From a virus (lineage: Duplodnaviria > Caudoviricetes): DNA of 64,000 bases. Each line of letters opens with the position of its first letter. Positions within the stretch are counted from its first letter, which is position 1. The translations under genes and the position numbers were made by a program. A model generated the notes under the pieces. That model was not told the origin of the DNA, did no database searches, and worked only from the letters and a program-made list of their open reading frames with translations. Shown one piece after another: positions 29,511 to 38,338 of this stretch. The DNA lies in the IMG/VR virus record IMGVR_UViG_2595698755_000001, positions 1 through 64,000 of that record. One strand, written 5' to 3'.

Positions 29511-29942
29511 ATGACTAAGGAGGATGATAGTATGATGAAATTTAAAAAGGTGATTTTAACAGCTTTCACAGTATTGACAATGGGTGTTGTTATGGCAGGG
29601 TGTACGACAGAAGCGGATACAGTTTCAGAGAACTTGTCAAAGTCAGCAGATTCATTTGAAGTACAACGTAGAGTAGTATTCTTTAATGGGATTACAGATA
29701 AATACCTTTTAACAATTGAAGGATTATGTGCTTTGGATGCAGATGACAACAAGAAGATTACTGTAACTTGTAAAACTGGTGAAAAACAATATAAGAAGCA
29801 TTATTTAGGATTGAGCGACAATGTTTCATATTTCATTGAGCAAACTGATGCTAAATATGAAAGTGCTTATCACTACAAAGTATTATTCCGTCCAGAAGAA
29901 ATCATTCCAGATATCGACTTACAGACAAGTAAAGGGAAGTGA
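29511..29942 (+). CDS. Conserved phage lipoprotein
   Basis: Lipobox MAGC; ADSFEVQRRVVFFNGITDKYLLTIEG. Confidence 0.75.
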   Translation: MTKEDDSMMKFKKVILTAFTVLTMGVVMAGCTTEADTVSENLSKSADSFEVQRRVVFFNGITDKYLLTIEGLCALDADDNKKITVTCKTGEKQYKKHYLGLSDNVSYFIEQTDAKYESAYHYKVLFRPEEIIPDIDLQTSKGK

Positions 29943-30159
29943 TAATATGAGTCATGAGGATTTCTGTAAAGATGATAATTTCATCTTAAAAAACTACATT
30001 ATCATCTACTACAATCGTTTTGTAAATGAAACTCAAACGCACAAGGTCATGGCTATTAACAAATTTCGTGCAGGTAGACTTTTCTATAAGACTCATAATA
30101 GGAAAGCTTATCATGCTTGTATAGAACAAATTGTAGAAATATAGAAAGGTGGAGATAGT

Positions 30160-30324
30160 ATGAGAAAATTTACAGTAACTTACAAAGAGGTAGTTTATAA
30201 AGAGGTGACAGTTGAAGCAGATTCTCCAGATGATGCAGAAAAAATGGTTGAACATGGAGACTTTAACGGTGAATATGAGATTGATAGTGGAGAAATAACT
30301 GTAACACAAGTTGAAGAAATATAA
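30160..30324 (+). CDS. DpnD/PcfM-like small protein
   Basis: Read by eye: MRKFTVTYKEVVYKEVTVEADSPDDA; resembles the 20690 gene. Confidence 0.5.
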   Translation: MRKFTVTYKEVVYKEVTVEADSPDDAEKMVEHGDFNGEYEIDSGEITVTQVEEI

Positions 30325-30555
30325 TAAAATCTTACTTTTATAAAGGAGTGATACTATGAAAAAAGAATTTAATTTCGTATTATGTACTAGTAGTGACCTT
30401 ACAGTCTTTAAAGCTACAGAATTAGGTGAAGGTGGATTATACAGAGTCTCATGGGATAATGACAAAGAATTTACACTTTATCGCCCAGAGCACGTTAAAA
30501 GCCACTTAGATAAAGGTAATTGGATTGAAGTAGATTAATAAAATTTCCCTTTTAT
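30324..30555. repeat. Two junction sites flanking one gene
   Basis: 30324-30341 and 30538-30555 around CDS 30356-30538. Confidence 0.75.
30356..30538 (+). CDS. Small cassette-like gene
   Basis: ORF between junction sites. Confidence 0.6.
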   Translation: MKKEFNFVLCTSSDLTVFKATELGEGGLYRVSWDNDKEFTLYRPEHVKSHLDKGNWIEVD

Positions 30556-30568
30556 GGAGGATGATAAC

Positions 30569-30814
30569 ATGGAAAATCAAATTAGAGAATATGTTAAAAA
30601 GGAATTAGCGAAACTTGATGGAGATGTAAAGTCAATCAGTCTAACAGGTGTAACAGCTAGTATATTGTCAGATTTAATTGAGGGTTGGGATTGGTCAGAA
30701 GCAGATACAAATGGATGGCAAGTAGACTATTGGCTTACAACTGACAAATATGATATTGAAGGAAGTATGTATTACGGTACAGCGACAATTACATTGTTAG
30801 GAGAGGATGAATAA
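30569..30814 (+). CDS. Hypothetical protein
   Basis: GGAGG SD; DTNGWQVDYW motif. Confidence 0.6.
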   Translation: MENQIREYVKKELAKLDGDVKSISLTGVTASILSDLIEGWDWSEADTNGWQVDYWLTTDKYDIEGSMYYGTATITLLGEDE

Positions 30815-31046
30815 TATGAAAAAATTAAGAGCAGAATTAAATGATTTACTAAGACCATTAAAAAAGAAAGATATGTATAAAATGCCCTCACACATTGTAG
30901 CTTTTGGTGATGAGAATGATAGTGTGCATGTCTTCTTATATGAAGAACAAGTCGATGAAGTTATTGAGTTTCTAGATAAAAAAGTAAATTACTTTACAAT
31001 TTATTCATTAGGTCGAACTGTTGCAACTTATTATAAATATGATTGA
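30807..31046 (+). CDS. Hypothetical protein
   Basis: ORF with SD. Confidence 0.55.
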   Translation: MNNMKKLRAELNDLLRPLKKKDMYKMPSHIVAFGDENDSVHVFLYEEQVDEVIEFLDKKVNYFTIYSLGRTVATYYKYD

Positions 31047-31092
31047 CAAAAATAAAAATTAATGGTATACTATTTTCAAGGAGGATGATATT

Positions 31093-31359
31093 ATGGAAAA
31101 TTTCGTTGAAGGTTATGCGTTAGTTACTGCAAAAGGTCACTATTTATCACTGGAACAAGTTGCTAGTCATGATATTGAAGTGTTAACCTTTTCCAACCCA
31201 GACATGGCAACACTTCACAAATTAGGTGTAGCGATTCAAACAAAACAAGAAATTATTGATAATAATGGTTACTGGAATTATTCTATATTAGAAGAACAGA
31301 TTCCAGTTGGAATTGTAAAAATTAAAAAAATTATCAAAGTGGAAGAGGTGGCTGAATGA
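31093..31359 (+). CDS. Hypothetical protein
   Basis: SD plus class II promoter at 31043. Confidence 0.6.
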   Translation: MENFVEGYALVTAKGHYLSLEQVASHDIEVLTFSNPDMATLHKLGVAIQTKQEIIDNNGYWNYSILEEQIPVGIVKIKKIIKVEEVAE

Positions 31360-31661
31360 CAAATGAAACAGAAAAAATAGATACGTTGTATGTTGAAGTA
31401 GTCGAGAATTTTACAGTAGTAATTGAGTTAACTAGAATCTATACTAGTAAAGTTAGAAATAGTACACTTGGATTCACACGATATTACAATGAATATTACG
31501 ATTTAAAAATATACAAGACAACAAAACGTCAATATTGGTTTGGTCATAAGGTAGAAACAGTATTCAATGTCAAATGGGATACAAACCACGCTAAATTATC
31601 AGAAATGATTAAGTTTGGTAATCAGAAGGTTGATTCCTTACTTGAAAGGATGATTTCATGA
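31356..31661 (+). CDS. Hypothetical protein
   Basis: ATGA overlap. Confidence 0.6.
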   Translation: MTNETEKIDTLYVEVVENFTVVIELTRIYTSKVRNSTLGFTRYYNEYYDLKIYKTTKRQYWFGHKVETVFNVKWDTNHAKLSEMIKFGNQKVDSLLERMIS

Positions 31662-31888
31662 TTAACGTACTCTTAGGGAAGTACAAACATCTAATTGATT
31701 TTGAGGATAATATGCAAAAGAATAATTACAAGTGGGTAGAGGGCTACATACGCTTCCAGAAGAGAAAGAATCGTGCAGGATGGGAAGATGATTGCATTGA
31801 ACTTTTAGTGGATGCAATTGACCTGCAAATGGAGTTTCTGATTGATATAAATTTAACAAAAAAAAGATTTGACAAGCACCAAAAATAA
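31658..31888 (+). CDS. Hypothetical protein
   Basis: ATGA overlap. Confidence 0.55.
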   Translation: MINVLLGKYKHLIDFEDNMQKNNYKWVEGYIRFQKRKNRAGWEDDCIELLVDAIDLQMEFLIDINLTKKRFDKHQK

Positions 31889-31927
31889 TGATATACTAGC
31901 TATAACAAAATAAAAGGAGATGATAGT

Positions 31928-32341
31928 ATGGAACAGAAATTCGAAGTTGGAGAGATTGTATTTGTAAAGGCTGATTTGACTGTGGGTAATCTTTATGAAA
32001 GCCAAGATAGAAGTGGTGGTACATATTGGTCACGCTCTCACAAACCATTCGGAGGTAAATTTGCAGTAGTGGTAGCTTATAATCGTAGAGGTTATGATTT
32101 ACGATTCGGTGCAGACTACGACAAAACAAACATCTATTATGATGAAATGCTAGAGAAATTTGTTGATACACTTAAAGATGGTGAGGACGTAACAAAAGAT
32201 GTTGCAAGATTAGTTAAAAATCTAGAAATACATAACATTCAAAGAATCATTGACAATGCATTAGAAAATCGTATGTTTAGTAGAAATCCAGAAGGTTTCC
32301 AAAAATTAGTAGATACATATAAAGAATTAAGCGAAAAGTAA
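31928..32341 (+). CDS. Hypothetical protein
   Basis: SD plus class II promoter at 31869. Confidence 0.65.
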   Translation: MEQKFEVGEIVFVKADLTVGNLYESQDRSGGTYWSRSHKPFGGKFAVVVAYNRRGYDLRFGADYDKTNIYYDEMLEKFVDTLKDGEDVTKDVARLVKNLEIHNIQRIIDNALENRMFSRNPEGFQKLVDTYKELSEK

Positions 32342-32398
32342 TGTATAGGTACTACTTACAAGTCTAGCGCATATAGTGTAACAAGGGGGAATGATATT

Positions 32399-32902
32399 AT
32401 GACAGCAGGACAATTAAAAAGATATGAGCGACAGTTGAAGAAGTATGCGGATAAGTTTTTAATGGAAAATTATGGTATGACTCTAACAGTACCATTGAAA
32501 TTGAATGGGAGATTGTCAAAAACGTTAGGATGGTTTTCGTATACTAGGAAAGAAGGTAGACCACTAGCAGTAGAGATTAATAAGAAATTTGCAATCAACA
32601 ATGATGCAGAATTAGTGCTAGATGTACTCAAGCACGAACTTGTACACTATGCCTTATTCATGCAGGGCAAACCTCATAGTGACGGAGACAGTTACTTTGA
32701 GAATGAATTACAAAGAAAAGGAATCGTTAGTCAAACTACAATCAACAAGAAATACAAAATAGCAAGTGTTAAAAATGTATACAAGTGTAAGAGTTGTGAT
32801 TTCACTCATCACAAAGCTAGAAGACTGGTAGGATTATCACGATACAGTTGTGCTTGTGGTGGTAATCTAGAATATCTAGGAAAGAGGGTCGTAACAGCAT
32901 GA
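32399..32902 (+). CDS. SprT-like zinc metalloprotease
   Basis: NGRLSKTLG, HELVH (HExxH), YKCKSC...YSCACGG zinc ribbon. Confidence 0.85.
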   Translation: MTAGQLKRYERQLKKYADKFLMENYGMTLTVPLKLNGRLSKTLGWFSYTRKEGRPLAVEINKKFAINNDAELVLDVLKHELVHYALFMQGKPHSDGDSYFENELQRKGIVSQTTINKKYKIASVKNVYKCKSCDFTHHKARRLVGLSRYSCACGGNLEYLGKRVVTA

Positions 32903-33225
32903 TACACAAACCTCTTTTCTACACGAAACATCAACTAAGACGAATGGCAAAGCGTGGCATGTCTAAACCGATAATTGAAGCGGTGGTGACGAATGGAACG
33001 TGGGAGAAGGGTAATGAACCCTTTTCTCATCTTCTTTCATATAAAGGTATTATAGTAGTCTTATATGAACAAAGAGTACAGTTTAATGTATCTTCATGTA
33101 AGTTAGACAGGAAACATACATTGAAAGCTGAAAGGATAGCAAAGGAATCTAATATAGATTTCTGGAAAGCTTATCATCAAGTGGTCAGAAGCATTGACTT
33201 AAAAGTGGAAATTGCAAATATTTAA
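32899..33225 (+). CDS. DUF4258-like protein
   Basis: YTKHQLRRMAKRGMS motif. Confidence 0.55.
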   Translation: MIHKPLFYTKHQLRRMAKRGMSKPIIEAVVTNGTWEKGNEPFSHLLSYKGIIVVLYEQRVQFNVSSCKLDRKHTLKAERIAKESNIDFWKAYHQVVRSIDLKVEIANI

Positions 33226-33246
33226 AAGATATTTGCAATTTCCACT
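33204..33246. terminator. 18-bp perfect inverted repeat
   Basis: AGTGGAAATTGCAAATAT-N7-ATATTTGCAATTTCCACT overlapping the stop codon. Confidence 0.55.
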
Positions 33247-33306
33247 CACATACATAAAAAATAATCATATAATACATATAAGAAAAATAAAAAGGGGAGA
33301 GATGTT

Positions 33307-33744
33307 ATGTCAGCTATTTTGAAACATGAATTAGAAAAGTATTCGGGGAAGCGAAAGCATAGTTCGCAAATGAAAAAGTTTGAAAATACAGGTCTTATGA
33401 AGCGTTTAAAGGAAGTTGAAGAGTGGGAGTGGGAATTGATTGACCACGCATTAGACAGACTAATAGAGAAGGGTATACGTGCATCTAAACGTGATATTGT
33501 CTCTACTATCTATAACTGCTCAATCATCGAGTATCGCATTGTATATAATCGTAGATTGCGGTTATATGAAGAAAGAGTTATCCTACGCTCAAAAGCAACG
33601 GTTAATCGCTGTTACAATCTAAATGTTGTATTCAGCTTAACTACAAAGAATATCGTGACTGTATGGATTAATCACGTGAAAGACCGTCATTCTACTTTAG
33701 ACTGGTCTATCTATGATAAGAATATGAAGGTATTAGGGGTTTAA
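33307..33744 (+). CDS. DUF4258-like protein
   Basis: IDHALDRLIEKGI ... IVTVWIN...D.H.TLD. Confidence 0.55.
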   Translation: MSAILKHELEKYSGKRKHSSQMKKFENTGLMKRLKEVEEWEWELIDHALDRLIEKGIRASKRDIVSTIYNCSIIEYRIVYNRRLRLYEERVILRSKATVNRCYNLNVVFSLTTKNIVTVWINHVKDRHSTLDWSIYDKNMKVLGV

Positions 33745-33845
33745 TAACCCCTAATGTTTTACCTAAAAAGAAAAATTTAATTACTAAAAAAGGTTGTAAT
33801 TGTTCTGAAATAATGGTATACTAGTTACAAGAAGGAGATGATAAT

Positions 33846-34109
33846 ATGAAAGTAAAAAACAGATACCAAATCACAAATAAATTGGATTCTTACATTGTAA
33901 GGGAAACAGGAAGACGAATGGCTGAAAGTGGTGAAAGAGTAACAAAGGGAAAAATTATGGAAGAGATTGCAATTCATTCTGGTGTTGGTCTTGAGTCAAT
34001 TAAGTTAATTAACCGCAACGTTTCTCAACCTTCATTAGTAGTAGCATTAAGAATGGCAGATTACTTCGATACAAGAGTAGAAAATATATTTGACGTTCTA
34101 GAGGATTAA
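33846..34109 (+). CDS. XRE-family helix-turn-helix regulator
   Basis: EEIAIHSGVG...SQPSLVVALRMADYFDTRVENIF. Confidence 0.75.
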   Translation: MKVKNRYQITNKLDSYIVRETGRRMAESGERVTKGKIMEEIAIHSGVGLESIKLINRNVSQPSLVVALRMADYFDTRVENIFDVLED

Positions 34110-34173
34110 TTCCTCTATACATAGGCATCATTTAGAATCACGTGCATATAATGGGAATATAAACAGAAGGGAG

Positions 34174-34692
34174 ATGATTATCATGAATCGGGGCGTTGCA
34201 AGTTTAGTTTTGGGAGCAACAATTATGCTAGGATTGGTAGGCTGTTCAGAGTCAGCTAAACCAGTACATGAAGTCGCAAAAATTGAGACATTCAAAAAGT
34301 CAGAAGCAGAATTAAGAGAAGACTATTTAAGTCTTGTCAAGGAAGAGAATACAAAGTCTGCACAGGCTATGAGAAATGTTTCTAAGTTATTTGAAAGAGC
34401 GACAATGCATCCAGAGTTGTTTCATAATCCACGTTTTCAGTCAGATTTAGAAAAGGAATATAAAGTTGTAGAGAATACCTATTTTAAATTGAAAATGTAC
34501 AAAGAGTTAGATATCCCTAGTGACCTATTGAAAGGTCATAGAGATTTACTGACAGGATATGAATATTGCTATAATGGAAACAATTTAACGTGGGATGGCA
34601 TTTTAGAATCCAATCCACAAAAGATAAAGGATGGTGCAGATTTGATTCGTCAAGGCGTACCATATATAACTTTATCTGGGTTAGACAATTAA
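34174..34692 (+). CDS. Lipoprotein
   Basis: Lipobox LVGC. Confidence 0.7.
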   Translation: MIIMNRGVASLVLGATIMLGLVGCSESAKPVHEVAKIETFKKSEAELREDYLSLVKEENTKSAQAMRNVSKLFERATMHPELFHNPRFQSDLEKEYKVVENTYFKLKMYKELDIPSDLLKGHRDLLTGYEYCYNGNNLTWDGILESNPQKIKDGADLIRQGVPYITLSGLDN

Positions 34693-34770
34693 AAAAGTGT
34701 TTGACAGCCAAAAAAATTAATGATATAATGACATCATAAGTCGTCCAAAAAAGGAGGTAACTGAAACTAC

Positions 34771-34825
34771 CGTTAATAAAGGTAATTTCAGCACTCCTAA
34801 AATCTTGATAAAACAGTGTTTTTAT
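34771..34825. repeat. Extended junction element upstream of the MrpR-like gene
   Basis: TTAATAAAGG at 34773; core ATAAAA-CAGTGT-TTTTAT at 34808-34825. Confidence 0.7.
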
Positions 34826-34884
34826 ACAGTTTGTCACATACCTAAAATACCCTCTATTAAGGACTATATCCTACACGAAAGTTT

Positions 34885-34914
34885 TTTGACAGGATTCGAC
34901 AAAAATGATACAAT
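34885..34914 (+). promoter_or_regulatory. sigmaA promoter overlapped by tandem Spo0A-box-like heptamers
   Basis: TTGACA-17-TACAAT with TG extension; TTTGACA-GGA-TTCGACA. Confidence 0.5.
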
Positions 34915-34999
34915 TATTTTTGTACAAATGAGGAATAATACAACCTTAAATTGGGTATTACTATAGTAAGACAATAAATCAAGATTTGGGAGTGATAAA

Positions 35000-36013
35000 A
35001 TGATGACTACCATGACAAACATAAATGATAATTCTTTATTTGAACAGGATGGTCGTAAACATGAATTTTTGGGTGGTATTGCACCTTCAACTGCTAAAAG
35101 TTATAAACGTATCTTTGGGTATACAAAACCTCACGAGGAAGCATTACAAAAGGATATACGTGACTTTAGCTTGGAAGAACTGGAAACAATCTTATATGAT
35201 TTCAAAGCAAATACAAGAAATACCGTTGAAACGTATGGTCGTATTATTTCTAGTTACCTTAACTGGTGTGTTGAAAATGGATACTCAAAAACAAATCCTT
35301 TAAAGAGTTTGAAGCCTACTGACTTTGAGAAATACCTTACTAATGTAGAAACTTATATGACAGAGAAACAATTGACACGTTATGAAGACAGATGTGTTAA
35401 TGCTCAAGATTCAGTTATTCTAAGACTTTCTTTCATTGGTGTAGGTGGCAAGCAAATGAGCGAGATTAGAAACCTAAAGAAGTCTGACATTGACTGGGCT
35501 AATCACCGCATACGTCTTGTTAACACTCTTAAAGAAGATGATAATGGTTTCCCTTTAAAGTATACAGAACGATATCTAGAAGTCGATGAGCGTACTCTAG
35601 ACCTTATTGAAGAAGCAATTGCTCAAAAGACTTATGAGAAAAAGAATGGTCAAATGGTTGAACAGGATAACATTAGAAAGTATACAGACTTAGTTGATAA
35701 TGATTATGTCATTAGGTCTTCTATAACAAATATTAAAGATGATGCTAAAATTAATGCACCTGCTGATAAATTTGTTATCTATAGAAGATTAGATGTAATC
35801 CAAGAAACTTTATCAATTAAAACATTAACTGCTAAATATGTACAACGTAGTGGTATGGTTTATTATGCTAATGAATTATTGAAAAATATGAAGGATGAAG
35901 AATTAACTTTAGATGAATTAAAAGTAGTCGCAGACCGCTTTAATATGAAAAGCTACCACAATCTAAAAGGATTCTTAACATTAGATACAATCCGCCAGAC
36001 CTACTCAAAATAA
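35000..36013 (+). CDS. Tyrosine-recombinase-fold repressor, SPbeta YopR/MrpR-like
   Basis: VNAQDSVILRLSFIGVGG..MSEI, YEKKNG, LVDNDYVIR, ADKFVI and LT..VQRSG resemble YopR as recalled; box I catalytic Arg and the His of HxxR are not evident. Confidence 0.75.
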   Translation: MMTTMTNINDNSLFEQDGRKHEFLGGIAPSTAKSYKRIFGYTKPHEEALQKDIRDFSLEELETILYDFKANTRNTVETYGRIISSYLNWCVENGYSKTNPLKSLKPTDFEKYLTNVETYMTEKQLTRYEDRCVNAQDSVILRLSFIGVGGKQMSEIRNLKKSDIDWANHRIRLVNTLKEDDNGFPLKYTERYLEVDERTLDLIEEAIAQKTYEKKNGQMVEQDNIRKYTDLVDNDYVIRSSITNIKDDAKINAPADKFVIYRRLDVIQETLSIKTLTAKYVQRSGMVYYANELLKNMKDEELTLDELKVVADRFNMKSYHNLKGFLTLDTIRQTYSK

Positions 36014-36030
36014 ATTTAAAGGAGAACAGT

Positions 36031-36348
36031 ATGCGTAAATTTTTAATTCATGATAAAGACATCAAATTAAATAAAAGTAAACTGGATGCAATTTTGGATT
36101 CTCAAAAAATGGACTATACCGAACTCCATGACAAAATTTGTAAACAGTTTGGTCTTAAAATTTCATACAAAGGATTCATGAATATTCTATCTAATCGGAA
36201 TAGTTGGAAGTTTCTATATGCTTATGCATTATGTGAACTTCTAAAAGTAAATTCTAATGACATATTCGAATTAGTAGATGTAGATGTGGATGCCGAACGT
36301 GTGGAACGTGAGAATATGAAGAAGCGTGATGTACGCAATAAATATTAA
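36031..36348 (+). CDS. Putative HTH DNA-binding protein
   Basis: XRE-like end AYALCELLKVNSNDIFEL; downstream of the repressor. Confidence 0.55.
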   Translation: MRKFLIHDKDIKLNKSKLDAILDSQKMDYTELHDKICKQFGLKISYKGFMNILSNRNSWKFLYAYALCELLKVNSNDIFELVDVDVDAERVERENMKKRDVRNKY

Positions 36349-36512
36349 AGGAGGTGATTATTTTCAGAAAAGTAAGCGGTTTTCCGTAAAAACCATTGGA
36401 CAATATTAGTCAGTCATGTTACACTAGTATTACAGAGGAACGGTACGGTTACCAAAAGTTAAGTCCGAAACATCTGACAATTTAATATTCCATTAGGGAG
36501 AGGGGTTTTGCA

Positions 36513-36893
36513 ATGACTACTACATTAAATGATATTGACGGGTTTATCCAATCATTAAACTTACCACAGGAGTCGAAAGTTTTGTTTCAAACGTTTGGCG
36601 ATTGCCATTCGTTTTACATAACCTGTTATGGACGGAACGATTGCATTACTGATGACCTTCTAGACTACAGAGAAAAAAAGCTAGAAGAATCTAATATAAC
36701 ACTTGACATGTTTATGGATATGTGTTATAATGATTTACGTGTCGCTTTCGAGACTACTTTCTTGCAAGCATTCACGCAGGAACAAATTATGTTGATTGAT
36801 TACAAGTTAACTATCAATCACACAGACCTTGAAACTATTTATAACGGATTCCAAAAAAATCCAAACAAAAATATTTTAAAGTATGTACTATAA
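36513..36893 (+). CDS. Hypothetical protein
   Basis: ORF with SD. Confidence 0.6.
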   Translation: MTTTLNDIDGFIQSLNLPQESKVLFQTFGDCHSFYITCYGRNDCITDDLLDYREKKLEESNITLDMFMDMCYNDLRVAFETTFLQAFTQEQIMLIDYKLTINHTDLETIYNGFQKNPNKNILKYVL

Positions 36894-37006
36894 ATAGTTG
36901 ACAAGCGTAAAGGTTTATGATATAATTAATAGTGTTGATAAGGAAAAGATAAAACTTTTCCTTCACCATAAAAGCAAAAAATAATTACATATCGGGGGAA
37001 TTTTTA

Positions 37007-38188
37007 ATGGCTAAAAAACGAGAAGCAGTAGAACTTAAACAAAACAAATCTCTATTCAAATTTATCGGAAAGGTAACTAACGCAGACAAAGACGGGTTTT
37101 ATCTTCAATCTGTAGCTGACAAAGGCGAACGTGAGGGTGATACTAGACGGTCAATGAGATTTGGCATTCGTACTTCTGAAACAAATACATTAGTGGTGCA
37201 AATGTTTGCTTATGAGCCAGATGAGGTTTACTTATGGAACAGCGATAAGAAAAAGAAAGATAAGAATTACAAAGGTGACCGAGTACCTTATCAAGATTGG
37301 ATTGACAATCTAGAAGACTATCGCAAAAAAGGCTACTCATGCTTACAGGCACGTGTGGGCTTAGATTATGGTGAAGATGGGAAATTAATTAGTAATGGTG
37401 TGCCAGATTACTTAATGGCTGAGTTGTTATCAGAAGGTCTTACAAACGGTGATTTCATCGTTGTTGAAGGTGAGATTCGATACAGCAAGTACAAAGACAA
37501 GAATGATAAGATTCAAGAGCAAGTCCAGTACACTATTAAAAAGGTACATCGTGCTAAAGAAGAAGATTACATTGATGATGAAGGTAATCTAAAAGAAGAA
37601 GTTAACTACTTCGAACAAGAGTTTGTATTCTTAGATGCAGAAAATATTAAAAAAGAAGGTAAAGCAATTGTACGTGGTCGTGTAATTGATTACCGTAAAA
37701 ACTGGTATGACAAACAGTTTGAGGTTGTCTATAAAGATTCAGAGGGCAACGTTGATGAAGACCTTGAAGAATTAGCTATCGGTCTAGCAAAAGAAGTTAG
37801 ATGGGGCGATGTGTTAAAAGTTTGGGGTAATGCAGTGAATCGTACAATCATCACAGAAGAAAAAGATGAGGAAACGTTGAGAGAAGAAGCACGTAAGAAA
37901 AAAGTTTTAAGTGGTCTAGGTGGTAAACAACAACCTAAACATGCTGAAAAGTATTCTGGTAAGCGTTTCGAACAAGGTTTACAAATTCAAGGTGTACTAG
38001 AGTGGGACGACAAGGTTTATACTGAGGATGATTTCCCAACTAACCAAGATTTAATCAAAGAAGAAGAGACTAATAGTAAAGCACGTGGTCTAGGTGGCAA
38101 GAAGAATAATCCATTCAAACAAACTTTGAGTAAGGATTCTGAGCCAGACCCAGTAGTAGATATCGAAGAAGACGATTTACCATTCTAA
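37007..38188 (+). CDS. Putative single-stranded DNA-binding protein
   Basis: OB-fold-like GDFIVVEGEIRY; acidic tail DIEEDDLPF; next to a Sak4-like ATPase. Confidence 0.65.
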   Translation: MAKKREAVELKQNKSLFKFIGKVTNADKDGFYLQSVADKGEREGDTRRSMRFGIRTSETNTLVVQMFAYEPDEVYLWNSDKKKKDKNYKGDRVPYQDWIDNLEDYRKKGYSCLQARVGLDYGEDGKLISNGVPDYLMAELLSEGLTNGDFIVVEGEIRYSKYKDKNDKIQEQVQYTIKKVHRAKEEDYIDDEGNLKEEVNYFEQEFVFLDAENIKKEGKAIVRGRVIDYRKNWYDKQFEVVYKDSEGNVDEDLEELAIGLAKEVRWGDVLKVWGNAVNRTIITEEKDEETLREEARKKKVLSGLGGKQQPKHAEKYSGKRFEQGLQIQGVLEWDDKVYTEDDFPTNQDLIKEEETNSKARGLGGKKNNPFKQTLSKDSEPDPVVDIEEDDLPF

Positions 38189-38338
38189 GATGTTGACAAA
38201 CACAAAAATTAATGATATACTAAAATAGTAAAGTATTACATAGAATACATAACGTTAAGAAACATAGGGGCAAAAAATTCAAAGAAGAAGAAAGCCCCCT
38301 TCTTACATTTTTATATGTGAGAAAAGGGGAAAATATTT

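Noticed and set aside
35000-36013. Active phage integrase
   Set aside because: Catalytic box I Arg and HxxR His are not evident; it fits the MrpR-type repressor better.
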